From assembly GCA_963777315.1 (NCBI GenBank), contig CAVZQC010000001.1, positions 1-64,000 of the forward strand: a stretch of 64,000 nucleotides of DNA, read 5' to 3'. The translations under genes were made by a program, and so were the position numbers. Position 1 is the stretch's first letter; each line of letters begins with the position of its first letter. This document shows positions 1 through 9,460 of this stretch, in pieces. A model generated the notes under the pieces. The model searched no databases and was not told where the DNA came from. It worked only from the letters and a program-made list of their open reading frames with translations. This DNA comes from Vulcanimicrobiota bacterium (GTDB taxonomy: Bacteria; Vulcanimicrobiota; Vulcanimicrobiia; Vulcanimicrobiales; Vulcanimicrobiaceae).

Positions 1-30
1 GGATGTGCTCTACCACTGAGCTACAACGGC
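1..30 (-). tRNA. tRNA 5' part, truncated by the window edge (probably tRNA-Thr(GGT))
   Basis: Reverse complement GCCGTTGTAGCTCAGTGGTAGAGCACATCC gives an acceptor 5' strand plus D-arm. The anticodon lies outside the window; Thr is inferred from the usual Tyr-Gly-Thr order. Confidence 0.8.
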
Positions 31-46
31 GCACCGTTCGACCATT

Positions 47-120
47 TGGAGCGGGCGGCGGGAATCGAACCCGCGCTGTCTGCTTGGAAGGCAGAAGCAC
101 TACCACTATGCAACGCCCGC
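47..120 (-). tRNA. tRNA-Gly(TCC)
   Basis: GCGGGCG acceptor stem, anticodon arm TCTGC-CT-TCC-AA-GCAGA, T-loop GGTTCGATTCC, encoded CCA. Confidence 0.97.
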
Positions 121-124
121 GCTC

Positions 125-209
125 TGGGCAGGGCTGGATTCGAACCAGCGTACAGCGTTAGCTGGACAGATTTACAGTCTGTTGCCTTTAACCACTCGGC
201 CACCTACCC
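125..209 (-). tRNA. tRNA-Tyr(GTA)
   Basis: Anticodon arm ACAGA-CT-GTA-AA-TCTGT, long variable arm, GGTTCGAATCC; CCA not encoded. Confidence 0.97.
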
Positions 210-335
210 ACGCAGCGCGGCTACCCACCTTCTAATCGGATTCTGACCCTCCTCTCAGCAGACGCTCATGAAGCGCTTCCTTGCCGACGTTATAACGGGA
301 TCAAGCAACCCTACGTCAAGCATTTGGAGCTTCGC

Positions 336-1520
336 ATGAACGCACGTCTCGTTCTCCTCATCACTACTCTATCGGCAAGCATGGCGCTTGCGGGCTGCGG
401 CGGAGGAAGCGGCAGCGGCGCCGGTTCACTGCCCCCGGCCGGCGGCAGCGGCGGCGGCAACACGCAGTCGGTCCAGCAGCAGACCGAAGACGCCATTGGA
501 ACCGCAAACGACGTCGGCAGTCCGATCAAGGACCTCGCCGGTTACAACGACGCAACGGGATCCCCCGCGCAAAGCCTGTCCGAGCGAACGCAATTCCTCT
601 CTACGCAATCGTCGGGCGCGGGCAGCTGCCGCAACGGCGTGGAGTTCTTCTCTCCCGATAAAAAAGGCGATCCCAACTCCACCGAGCGCATCGACTTCTA
701 CGATAACGGCTGCACCGCACCGGCCCGCGACGCTGTGCGAATCTGGACGTCGACCGGTTCGACTTCGGAAACGATTGCGCGAACGGTCAGCATGTACGCA
801 CTTAACGGCAACTCGCCGTCCGCCGTCCGCTCCGAAACGGTGAACTACACCAATGCCGCGTTCGATCAATATGGTTATCCCGTTCTCAAGAACGGGTTCG
901 ACCGAACCCATACCGGCGAACTCGACATCAGCGGCAAGAAAACGATCGACGCCGATGGAGAGTTGGTCGTGGCCGCGAGCTCGCAGAACAGCACGACGTT
1001 TTGCTCCGACTCTGCGGGATTCAACGCAACCGGGATTGCGTCCCTGAATGAAACGTTCGGATGGGCCGGCGTTATGCCCAGCGGAACGCGCACGGTAAAC
1101 GGTGACGGCAGCGTGACTTGGCAATCCAACCACACCGGAACGGTGTATACCGGAGCCATCGGCAGCCTGTCGATCCAAGCCGGCGTCCAAAATACGTCGT
1201 GTCCGATAGCGACGCCGATGTTCACGCTCACCGGCGGCACCGCCAAAGGGCAATACGTTCTGCCCATATCGGCGACGTTCGACGACGGCATTCTGACTAA
1301 CCTGACGATTCAGAACGCCACGCTGGCCAACGGGGACACGCTTAACGTTCAAACCAACGGCGGCGTTTCACCCGGCAACCCGCATTTCATCTCCGGCTCG
1401 CTCTCAAACGGCGGCGGCGCGATTGCGAATTTCAACGTGGACGCATTCGGCGACGGCGTGCTGGTTGTCGTGGCCAGCGGCAAACAATATCAAATCGAAG
1501 ATTGGCACGTAGTCAAATAA
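336..1520 (+). CDS. Putative lipoprotein, beta-rich, unknown function
   Basis: Signal peptide with lipobox ALAG-C followed by a Gly/Ser linker; GGAG upstream of the ATG. Confidence 0.8.
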   Translation: MNARLVLLITTLSASMALAGCGGGSGSGAGSLPPAGGSGGGNTQSVQQQTEDAIGTANDVGSPIKDLAGYNDATGSPAQSLSERTQFLSTQSSGAGSCRNGVEFFSPDKKGDPNSTERIDFYDNGCTAPARDAVRIWTSTGSTSETIARTVSMYALNGNSPSAVRSETVNYTNAAFDQYGYPVLKNGFDRTHTGELDISGKKTIDADGELVVAASSQNSTTFCSDSAGFNATGIASLNETFGWAGVMPSGTRTVNGDGSVTWQSNHTGTVYTGAIGSLSIQAGVQNTSCPIATPMFTLTGGTAKGQYVLPISATFDDGILTNLTIQNATLANGDTLNVQTNGGVSPGNPHFISGSLSNGGGAIANFNVDAFGDGVLVVVASGKQYQIEDWHVVK

Positions 1521-1547
1521 CGCCGTCGCACGCCTTCGGCATATCCC

Positions 1548-1579
1548 AAAGGCTCGCGTATGTCTACGCGAGCCTTTTT
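1548..1579. terminator. Intrinsic terminator between convergent genes
   Basis: AAAGGCTCGCGTA-tgtc-TACGCGAGCCTTT perfect 13-bp hairpin plus T-tract. Confidence 0.85.
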
Positions 1580-1589
1580 CTGGGCGCGT

Positions 1590-2027
1590 TTAGGTTGCCG
1601 AAGAGCTCTCTTTTTTCAGCCGGCCTTCCTGGAGATCGACCAGATCGGTCCACGTGTTTACCGAATCGTTGCCGGGGTCGATTTTTTCCAGCTCATTGCA
1701 AAACTCTTCGCGTTCGGACGCGGCGGGTTCGTTGTGCGCGACCCAGTCGTTGACTTTAGCCACATCCTGCGGTTCGGGATGAACGTACTCGCGAATCCAC
1801 TCCGCCACGCCGGCGTCGTCGGGCGAATTGCGTACCGCATCCAGGAACTCGTCGTCCGTGACGCCCAGCGCGTTGAACAGCTTGTTGTTGAAGCGGCATC
1901 CGTAATACTTGTATTCGCCGAGCTTGCCGTCAATCTGCGCCCGAGCTTTGTCGATGGCGCGCGGCAGCAACATGATCCCGTCTATCTTCTCCCGAGGTCC
2001 GCGCGGAACGCCGGTGGTCAAATCCAT
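1590..2027 (-). CDS. DUF5069-like protein
   Basis: MDLTTGVPRGPREKIDGIMLLPRAIDKARA...GEYKYYGC matches the DUF5069 pattern (PRSP/LPRxIDKxRA/GEYxYxC). Confidence 0.75.
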   Translation of the reverse strand: MDLTTGVPRGPREKIDGIMLLPRAIDKARAQIDGKLGEYKYYGCRFNNKLFNALGVTDDEFLDAVRNSPDDAGVAEWIREYVHPEPQDVAKVNDWVAHNEPAASEREEFCNELEKIDPGNDSVNTWTDLVDLQEGRLKKESSSAT

Positions 2028-2056
2028 GAGCGTAGTTTTCCCACCCCGGGCCGCGT

Positions 2057-2536
2057 TTATTCTTCGCCGTCGAAGTAGTCCAACGACTGGACGCGCATGA
2101 CTTTGCGTTCGGGGGCGTGGGCCGAGCATTTCTTGCTGTCGGGATAGTAGCACGACTCGCCGATAGGGTTGTCGGCGACGACGTAGAGCACCAGATCGGC
2201 CGAGCTGTCGTTGAGGAGCTGATGCGCTTGACCCGGCCGGAAAAGAAACGCGTCGCCGGCCGCAACAGCCGTCGTTCCACCGTCATGCCGTACCGTACCG
2301 CTGCCAGAAATCACGTGATAAAATTCCCACTGCGCGCTATGCGAGTGATATGGACAGGCGGTCTTGCCTGCGGGGATGCGCTGAATCTCGACGTCGAAAG
2401 CATGACGTTCCATCAAGTCTGTGGACTGCGGGTCACGCCCGAGCGCTTCGGAAATTTCAATACCTGCGGACTCGAACTTTCCTTTGGGCGACGCCCATGC
2501 GATCTCCGGTATGTCGTTCGTGTTGACTTTTTGCAT
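2057..2536 (-). CDS. Cupin domain protein
   Basis: PYHSHSAQWEFYHVISGSG...GQAHQL metal-binding cupin motifs; C-terminal YYPDS and YFDGEE. Confidence 0.85.
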   Translation of the reverse strand: MQKVNTNDIPEIAWASPKGKFESAGIEISEALGRDPQSTDLMERHAFDVEIQRIPAGKTACPYHSHSAQWEFYHVISGSGTVRHDGGTTAVAAGDAFLFRPGQAHQLLNDSSADLVLYVVADNPIGESCYYPDSKKCSAHAPERKVMRVQSLDYFDGEE

Positions 2537-2598
2537 GCGTCCCTCACAATAACCGCCGAACCGGAAAAGGTTCCGGCGGCGTCGAAGCCGGAGTCGCC

Positions 2599-2670
2599 GC
2601 CGACGTAGCTCAGGGGTAGAGCGTTTGCCTTGTAAGCAAAGGGCCGTGGGTTCGAATCCCACCGTCGGCT
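2599..2670 (+). tRNA. tRNA-Thr(TGT)
   Basis: GCCGACG/CGTCGGC acceptor stem, anticodon arm TTTGC-CT-TGT-AA-GCAAA, GGTTCGAATCC. Confidence 0.96.
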
Positions 2671-2704
2671 CCGAGATTACGTCAAACCTGATGCCGAAAA
2701 AGTA

Positions 2705-3074
2705 ATGCAGCCCGTCAAGCCAAAATGGACGCGTTCCGGTCTCGTGCTCGTCTGCGAGCGCTGCTTCAAAGAGCGCATCCCGCAAGAGGACCCAGACAAA
2801 GCGGCCGAGATTGGCGATTTCCATCTGCGCGACTGGCTCAAGGCCCGTTTGAAAGCGGACGGGCATTGGGGCGCGGTGCGCGTCCTGAGCACCAGACTGC
2901 ATGGACGTGTGCGCACGAAGACGCGTAACGGTGGTCATCGATCCGAAAGGCGCAAGCGAGCCGGCCGAGGTCTTTGTGGTCGATCCTATTGCCGACCGCG
3001 AAGACCTTTATGCCGCCATCGTGTCCCGCGTTACTGGTAGGTCACCAGGTCCGGCGCCGGATGCAGATGCATGA
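2705..3074 (+). CDS. Thioredoxin-like (2Fe-2S) ferredoxin-family protein with an apparent +1 frameshift at 2896
   Basis: VLVCERC then, after removing A2896, STSCMDVCARRRVTVVID (CxxC...CxxxC); the corrected ORF is 122 aa. Confidence 0.65.
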
Positions 3075-3918
3075 TCTCTGCGGCCGACATCATGTCGATG
3101 TCCTGCGTGTAGAACAACTTTAGGCCCATGAAGGCGCCTTTACGATGCTGCGAAAGCAGACGATACTTGCTCAATTTCGCTGCCCGGCTCCCGAAGCCGT
3201 CGATGTGGAAAACGATCGCGAGACCCGATCTGTCGACGATCGCGCCGCGATGCGCCACCATGTCGGGCGTGAACTGATGCACGACTAAAAATTTTTGCGG
3301 CAGATCGTACCGGCGCACGAGCGACGCTACGTACGCCGACACGCCGTTGACTACCTCACCGCTCGTGCCGCCGATCACCTGCGCGGGGACTTCGTCGGGC
3401 GCCATGCTCCATTCCGAATCCAGCGCCAACTCGACGTCGGGCTGGCGCAGAAAGCGGTCGTAGCGATGCGCTTCGTGCAAAAAGGATCCGCGCCCGGGCT
3501 GGATATCGAGGATCAGCAGCCCGTGAAACCTGCGAACCGCGTCCAAATAGCGTTGTATCGTGGCGCCGTCGGTCGGATCGCTGTACGTGCCGTCCGCCCC
3601 GGGCGCGCGCTGCGCCATGGTTGCAATCAGTTCGAACGCAGGAACGACGGGCTTTCCGTATCCGCCGTACGCTTTGGCTTGGCGCAGCAAACGCGCAGCG
3701 ATTTTTGAAGGCGGCGCTTCTCCCAATACGCCCATTGCCGGCGTTTGCGCCGCGCCGTAATACGCGACGACGCGGTGGCCCGGCAAGATCGTCCGGCCGC
3801 CGAACGGCAACTGCGCTTGTGCCGCAGCCGAAGGGCGCAGCGGCGTAGCGGGCACGGACTGCCGCTGGATATTGGGCGGCGCGTGCTGCGCGCAGCCCAG
3901 TTGAACCGCTGCGAGCAC
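3031..3918 (-). CDS. Putative lipoprotein (conserved hypothetical, TIM-barrel-like)
   Basis: HRVVAYYG, LILDIQPG, LALDSEW, VHQF and HIDGFG motifs resemble a conserved actinobacterial-type lipoprotein family; start uncertain. Confidence 0.7.
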   Translation of the reverse strand: MLAAVQLGCAQHAPPNIQRQSVPATPLRPSAAAQAQLPFGGRTILPGHRVVAYYGAAQTPAMGVLGEAPPSKIAARLLRQAKAYGGYGKPVVPAFELIATMAQRAPGADGTYSDPTDGATIQRYLDAVRRFHGLLILDIQPGRGSFLHEAHRYDRFLRQPDVELALDSEWSMAPDEVPAQVIGGTSGEVVNGVSAYVASLVRRYDLPQKFLVVHQFTPDMVAHRGAIVDRSGLAIVFHIDGFGSRAAKLSKYRLLSQHRKGAFMGLKLFYTQDIDMMSAAEIMHLHPAPDLVTYQ

Positions 3919-3970
3919 TGCCAGCGCGAACGGGGCGCGTACAGAGGCGCCGTTTCCGGCGCCTGGTGTT

Positions 3971-4618
3971 CTATGGCAGTTCGATTTCGGAAAGATTCTT
4001 TTCGATCTTGCGTTTGACGCGCTGCAGCGCGTTGTCGATCGATTTGACGTGCCGCCCCAAATCGCGCGCCATTTCCTGATAACTTTTCCCCTCCAGATAC
4101 GAGAGCAGCACTTGCGATTCGAGTTCGGAGAGGTTCTCCTGGATGCGTTCTTTGATGTCCTGGGAGACCTCTTGGTTGATGACCAGTTCTTCCGGATCCG
4201 AAGTCTTCTGAGAAGCCATCACGTCCAGAAGCGTACGTTCGCTGTCCTCGTCGTAGATCGGCTTGTTGAGCGAAATGTACTGGTTGAGCGGAATGTGTTT
4301 TTGCCGCGTCGCGGTTTTGATGGCCGTAATGATCTGACGCGTGATGCACAGCTCCGCGAACGCGCGGAAGCTGGAGAGCTTGTCGGCTTTGAAATCGCGA
4401 ACGGCCTTATACAGTCCGATCATGCCTTCTTGGATGATGTCTTCGCGATCGGCGCCGATCAGAAAATAGCTTTTGGCTTTGATGCGAACGAAATTCTTGT
4501 ACTTGTTGAGCAGGAACTCCATCGCGAGGTTGTCGCCCGCTTTCGCCGTTGCGACCAAATCCTCGTCGGCCCGCTCGTGGTAGTCCAATCCATCCGACAC
4601 AGGATGGGTCATTGCCAT
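3971..4618 (-). CDS. sigH: RNA polymerase sigma-H factor (Spo0H-like)
   Basis: YFLIGADREDIIQEGMIGLYKAVRDF, RQKHIPLNQYISLNKPIY and KSIDNALQRVKRK are diagnostic; lies downstream of rlmB. Confidence 0.95.
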   Translation of the reverse strand: MAMTHPVSDGLDYHERADEDLVATAKAGDNLAMEFLLNKYKNFVRIKAKSYFLIGADREDIIQEGMIGLYKAVRDFKADKLSSFRAFAELCITRQIITAIKTATRQKHIPLNQYISLNKPIYDEDSERTLLDVMASQKTSDPEELVINQEVSQDIKERIQENLSELESQVLLSYLEGKSYQEMARDLGRHVKSIDNALQRVKRKIEKNLSEIELP

Positions 4619-4694
4619 AACGTCTTGCCCTCTGGGGGTGATGTGTCCAAATCGCAAGCTCCGGAGAGCCTGTCGAGCGCGACACATCTCGAAC

Positions 4695-4724
4695 AGTATA
4701 AGAGGGTACTCCTCCGGCCGTCAA
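4695..4724 (-). promoter_or_regulatory. sigma70-type promoter of sigH
   Basis: TTGACG-N18-TATACT on the minus strand. Confidence 0.65.
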
Positions 4725-4765
4725 GGACAACGTGGGCAAGCTCTCGCGCCGCCCAAAGCACCAAG

Positions 4766-5572
4766 CTAGGAAGCGCCATCTGCCTTTTCACGCTGGCGGA
4801 CCGCCTCGTAAAACAGTACGGCTGCGGCTACCGACGCATTCAGGGACGGCGTCCGCCCGGCGACCGGAACGCGAACCAAATAGTCGCATTCGCGTTCGAC
4901 CAGTTGCGACAGACCCGGGCCCTCGGCTCCGATGACGAACGCGACATCGCCCAAAAAATCCGCGCGTGTGTACTGCACCGCACGCGGACTCGTGGAGGCA
5001 CCGGCAACCCAAACGTCCGCTTTCTTTAGCGTGCGCACGGCCTGCGCGATATTCGAGACGCGCGCGATCGGCAAATGGGCCGCTGCACCGGCGGCCGCTT
5101 TGCGCACCGTCGCATTGACCCCCGCCGCACGGCGCTCGGGCAGCACGGCGCCGCTCGCGCCGGCGCATTCGGCCGTTCGGATGATGGCGCCGAGGTTGTG
5201 CGGGTCCGTAACATGGTCGAGGACCGCCAGCAGCAGCGGCTGCACCCGCGGCGCATTGAGAATATCTTCGAGTGCGGCATACGCAAAGGGCGGTCCGAAT
5301 GCGATGATGCCCTGATGGGCCTTATAGGGAAATTGCGCGAAGTACGGCCGTTCTTCGTACCGAACGTGAATCTGCCGTTCGCGCGCCTGCTCGAGCAGAT
5401 TGCGCACCGCCGGGTCGCGCTTACGCTCGGCCGCCACGTGAACGTGCCGCAATCGTTCGCCTGCGAGCAGAGCTTCTTCGACGGCGTGCACGCCGTAAAT
5501 GACGTCGTCGAGCTCCGGCACGGGCCGCGTGCGAGGCCGAAAAGACCCGCGCCCTACTGCACGATGCTCCAC
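4766..5572 (-). CDS. rlmB: 23S rRNA (Gm2251) methyltransferase RlmB
   Basis: YGVHAVEEAL, DHVTDPHNLGAIIRTAE, IGAEGPG and SLNASVAAA SpoU motifs. Confidence 0.92.
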   Translation of the reverse strand: MEHRAVGRGSFRPRTRPVPELDDVIYGVHAVEEALLAGERLRHVHVAAERKRDPAVRNLLEQARERQIHVRYEERPYFAQFPYKAHQGIIAFGPPFAYAALEDILNAPRVQPLLLAVLDHVTDPHNLGAIIRTAECAGASGAVLPERRAAGVNATVRKAAAGAAAHLPIARVSNIAQAVRTLKKADVWVAGASTSPRAVQYTRADFLGDVAFVIGAEGPGLSQLVERECDYLVRVPVAGRTPSLNASVAAAVLFYEAVRQREKADGAS

Positions 5573-6970
5573 GTCGTGCCGTCCTTTGCGTCTTTCAACG
5601 CGATGCCGCACTGCGCGAGCGCGTCGCGCAGCTCGTCCGACGTGGACCAGTCCTTTTCCGCGCGCGCTCGCGCCCGCAGCGCAATGACGGATTCAAGCAG
5701 CGCCTGCGGCGTTTCGCCGTCCGCGACGTTCCGGCCCAACGCCGAACGCAGGCGCGCGGTGAAATCAGCAGGAAATTCTCGCACGGTTTCCTGCAGCCAC
5801 GCATCGGCCGGCTTTAGGCCCAACACTCCCAGCGCATACGCGAATTCTTGCGTGCTGCCTTGCCGGTAAGCCAGCAGCTCCGAAAGCGCAACCGCAGTAT
5901 TCATGTCGTCGTCCAGCGCCGCCTCGATGCGTTTCATCAACGCTCCTTCGCGTGCATTCGAACCGTTGCCCCGGTCGTCAAGAGCGCGATACGTTTTCTT
6001 GAGGCGATCCAACGCGACATTGGCGCCCGCAACTGCATCGTCGGTGAAGTTCATCACCTTGCGATACCCGGTTTGCAAAAAGAGCAGGCGTACTGCCTGA
6101 GGATCGTACCGGTCGAGCAGATCGGACAGCGGTTCGAAGTTGCCCAGCGATTTACTCATCTTCTGATTATCGAACAGCAGCAGACCACCGTGCATCCACA
6201 CGTCGGCCATCGGAGGCTGCCGCATCAGCGGCTCGCTTTGCGCGATCTCGTTTTCGTGGTGGGGAAAAATCAGGTCGGCTCCTCCCCCGTGAATGTCGAA
6301 GCCGACGCCCTGCGGGTCGAGCAGCGCGCGAGACATCGCCGAGCACTCGATGTGCCAGCCCGGACGGCCGTCGCCCCACGGCGAGGGCCATTTCGGCTCG
6401 TCCGGTTTGGCGAACTTCCACAGGGCGAAATCCAACGGGTCGTCTTTGGCTTCGTCCACTTCGACGCGTGCCCCGGCCTCGAGCTCTTCGACGTTGCGAT
6501 TGGACAGCCGTCCGTATCGTGCAAAGGAAGTCTACGCGGTAATAGACGCCGCCCTGCGTGACGTACGCGTGTCCGCCTGAAACCAACGCCTCTATCATCG
6601 CCAGGATTTGCGCGATGTATTTGGTCGCATACGGCTCGTGGTCCGGCTCGAGCACGCCTAAGCGGCGCATCGACTCTTTGAACGATAGATAGTGCTGTTC
6701 CATGATGTCGGACCATTGCCGGTCCGTGGCTTTCGCGCGCGCGATGCTGCGGTCGTCGATATCCGTTACGTTTTGAACGAAGGTCACGTGGTAGCGCAGA
6801 TGCTGCAGATAGCGGCGCAGAACGTCGAAAAACAAAAATGACCGCGCATGACCGAGGTGTGCCTGCGCCGAGGGCGTCAATCCGCAAACGTAGATGCACA
6901 CGACGGGCGGCCGGAGCGGCGCAAACGGCTCGATGCTGCGCGTGCGCGTGTTATACAGCTTCAGCGCCAC
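5554..6970 (-). CDS. cysS: Cysteine--tRNA ligase with an apparent +1 frameshift at 6531
   Basis: YVCG..HLGH, DFALWK, GRPGWHIECS, HGGGADLIFPHHENE and KMSKS are split over two ORFs; removing one base gives RVASFARYGRLSNRN and a 471-aa protein. Confidence 0.93.
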
Positions 6971-6974
6971 GGGT

Positions 6975-7661
6975 CTAAATCACCCAGGACCACGCGCGCT
7001 CGCCTTGCTCCTCTTGCTCGATTGCGTTCAGGCGGTCTTCCAACTGGGTGATGCGCCGCTGCAGGCGCGCGATTCCATCCGATGTGGGGTCGGGCATGTC
7101 GACCTGCGGACGCGCCGGCACCGCGCGCACGGCAACGCCGTCCTGCATGACCAGACGCGCGGGCACGCCCACGACGGTCGAGTTGGGCGGCACGTCTTTG
7201 ACGACGACCGAGCCGCCGCCGACCTTCGAATTGGCGCCGACGACGATCGCGCCCAACACGGCGGCATTCACGCCCACCGTGACGTTGTTCCCGAGCGTGG
7301 GATGCCGCTTTCCGTGTGAGAGGCTCGTGCCGCCCAGCGTTACGCCCTGATAGATCGTGCAGCCGTCGCCGACTTGTGCGGTCTCGCCTATGACTACGCC
7401 CATGCCGTGGTCGATGAACAGGCCCTTGCCCAACCGCGCGGCCGGGTGAATCTCGATGCCCGTAAAAAACCGGCTGACTTGCGAAAGCCACCGCGGCAGC
7501 AGCGGCATCCCGGTGCGGTGCAGGGCGTGAATCAGCCGGTGCGCGCATACGGCATGAAACCCCGGATACGACAACATCACGTCCAGCGGACCCCGCGCGG
7601 CGGGGTCGCGTTCGAGCGCAGCATTCAAATCGGCAAGCACGGGCTCCCAGGGCAATGCCAT
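6975..7661 (-). CDS. cysE: Serine O-acetyltransferase
   Basis: RDPAA, TGIEIHPAA, FIDHGMGVVIGETA, TLGGT...KRHPTLG. Confidence 0.95.
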   Translation of the reverse strand: MALPWEPVLADLNAALERDPAARGPLDVMLSYPGFHAVCAHRLIHALHRTGMPLLPRWLSQVSRFFTGIEIHPAARLGKGLFIDHGMGVVIGETAQVGDGCTIYQGVTLGGTSLSHGKRHPTLGNNVTVGVNAAVLGAIVVGANSKVGGGSVVVKDVPPNSTVVGVPARLVMQDGVAVRAVPARPQVDMPDPTSDGIARLQRRITQLEDRLNAIEQEEQGERAWSWVI

Positions 7662-7729
7662 AGCAGCTAGTCTAACCGAGCCGTCCATTCATTGGATGCA
7701 CTTATACTCGGTGGCCGCAAAGGCCGCCT

Positions 7730-8281
7730 TCAGCTCTGCGCGTCTTTGTCGCCGCGTATCGGTGTGAACGGCTCGCCGCCCGGACCGAAGCGAATCGGTT
7801 CCAAGCCGCGTCCGTGCAGCAAGTGCGAATTGACGGCGCCGATGCGGATCAAAATCCGGTCGTGTCCGAGCAGCGCAAACAGCAGATCCAGCGCCGGCCC
7901 TTCCTTCTTGCCGGTGAGCGCCATCCTCACCGCGTACCGTGCATCCGAATCGGAAATGCCGAACTCCCGCGCCATCTGCGCGAGATCGTGCTCCAGCGGC
8001 AACCCGCGCAACTCGGGCTGCGCGTCCACGTACTGGCTTACCGTATCCAAAAAGAACAGCACTTCGCGGCTGCGCAGCCGCTCGAGCTCGAGCGCGGGAA
8101 TGATGCACGCCTCCTCGCGCAGCTCGGCGACGTACCGGCGCGCGTCTTCCGCACTCGCAACCCGGTCGCCGAACGCTTCGATAAAGGTGTCGATCCACCG
8201 CAGTGCCGCGTGCGGCACGGGGCTTTCCAACACTCCCCATCGCTGCATGGCCTCCGCCAGCTCGTCGCGCTGCACCGCCAT
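7730..8281 (-). CDS. Stand-alone class I aaRS (GluRS-type) anticodon-binding domain protein
   Basis: AVRMALTGKKEGPALDLLFALLGHDRILIRI resembles the GluRS C-terminal RxALTG..GP motif; no HIGH/KMSKS domain; sits at the gltX position between ispF and cysE. Confidence 0.75.
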   Translation of the reverse strand: MAVQRDELAEAMQRWGVLESPVPHAALRWIDTFIEAFGDRVASAEDARRYVAELREEACIIPALELERLRSREVLFFLDTVSQYVDAQPELRGLPLEHDLAQMAREFGISDSDARYAVRMALTGKKEGPALDLLFALLGHDRILIRIGAVNSHLLHGRGLEPIRFGPGGEPFTPIRGDKDAQS

Positions 8282-8285
8282 ACCG

Positions 8286-8759
8286 CTACCGCGGACCAAT
8301 CAGCGCAACGGCATATGCCGCGATCCCGCTGCCGTCGCCCGTATATCCCATGCCTTCGCTGGACTTGGCCTTCACGCCGACCTGTGAGACGGATAATGAC
8401 AGACGCCGCGCAACGTGCTCGCGCATGCCGGCGAGATACGGCTTGAGCGCGGGACGCTCCACTACGATCGTTGCGTCGATATTTTCGATTCGGTAACCGT
8501 GCTGCTCCACTTCGCGCGCGCACTTCACCAAGAGCTCCATCGAATCCGCGTCCTTCCAGCGCTCGTCGGTATCGGGAAAATACGCGCCCAGATCGCCCAA
8601 TGCCGCAGCTCCCAAAAGCGCGTCGCTGATTGCGTGCGCCAGCACGTCGGCGTCGGAGTGTCCGAGCGCGCCGGTTTCATGCGGCACGCGGACGCCGCCC
8701 AAGCGAAGTTCGCGTCCTTCCACCAGGCGGTGCGCGTCGAAACCGTGGCCCACGCGCAT
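8286..8759 (-). CDS. ispF: 2-C-methyl-D-erythritol 2,4-cyclodiphosphate synthase
   Basis: MRVGHGFDAH, GHSDADVLAHAISDALLGA. Confidence 0.96.
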   Translation of the reverse strand: MRVGHGFDAHRLVEGRELRLGGVRVPHETGALGHSDADVLAHAISDALLGAAALGDLGAYFPDTDERWKDADSMELLVKCAREVEQHGYRIENIDATIVVERPALKPYLAGMREHVARRLSLSVSQVGVKAKSSEGMGYTGDGSGIAAYAVALIGPR

Positions 8760-9457
8760 CAGCGCGCCGTAAAACCCGCGCCGGCACGGGCGCGCAGCGC
8801 GGCATCGGCGCGATCGCGATCTTCGGGCACCGTGACCTTGAAGTTGGCGGCGGAGCCCGCCACGACGTGCATCTGCACGCCGATCCGTTCGAGCAGCATT
8901 GCATCGTCAGTTGCATCGATTCGATCGCGAATGCCTGCTTCGTGCGCGCGGCGCATGTCCGCCAGCATAGCGAACTGCGGTGTTTGCGCCGCCCAGAGCG
9001 CGGCTCGGTCCAGCGTTTCGGCAACCACGCCGGTGCGCGGCTCTACCACTTTAATCGTGTCGACGACGGGAACGGCAAGCAGCGAACCATGCCCCCCGCA
9101 CACCGGCTGCATTCCGCGCCGGACGTCAAAGGGCGTGACGAGCGGGCGAGCTCCGTCGTGCACGAGCACTGCGTCGCAGCGTGCGGGCACCGCGCCGACT
9201 CCCTGATAGACGCTCGCGGATCGCGTTGCGCCGCCTGGGACGACCGCGCACTGCGTTACGACGGCGGCCACGTCTTGCAGCCACGCTCGTTCGGTCACCA
9301 CGATGATGTCCGTAATTTCCCGCATGCTTTCGAACGCGCGAATCGACCATGCGATCATCGGCATTCCGCCGACCTCGACAAGCTGCTTTGGACGGCCGAA
9401 TCTGGTTCCATGTCCCGCCGCCACGATTACCGCGCCCCAGCGCAAGCCCGCACTCAT
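8759..9457 (-). CDS. ispD: 2-C-methyl-D-erythritol 4-phosphate cytidylyltransferase
   Basis: AAGHGTRF..PKQ, VHDGARP, AQTPQ, TDDA, NFKVT. Confidence 0.95.
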   Translation of the reverse strand: MSAGLRWGAVIVAAGHGTRFGRPKQLVEVGGMPMIAWSIRAFESMREITDIIVVTERAWLQDVAAVVTQCAVVPGGATRSASVYQGVGAVPARCDAVLVHDGARPLVTPFDVRRGMQPVCGGHGSLLAVPVVDTIKVVEPRTGVVAETLDRAALWAAQTPQFAMLADMRRAHEAGIRDRIDATDDAMLLERIGVQMHVVAGSAANFKVTVPEDRDRADAALRARAGAGFTAR

Positions 9458-9460
9458 CGC

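Noticed and set aside
6520..6535. Programmed +1 frameshift in cysS at CUU-UGC (prfB-like slippery site followed by a Cys codon, an attractive autoregulation idea)
   Set aside because: There is no internal SD upstream, the corrected reading VASFARYG fits the homolog pattern better, and the same AG(N)CT insertion explains three other unrelated frameshifts.
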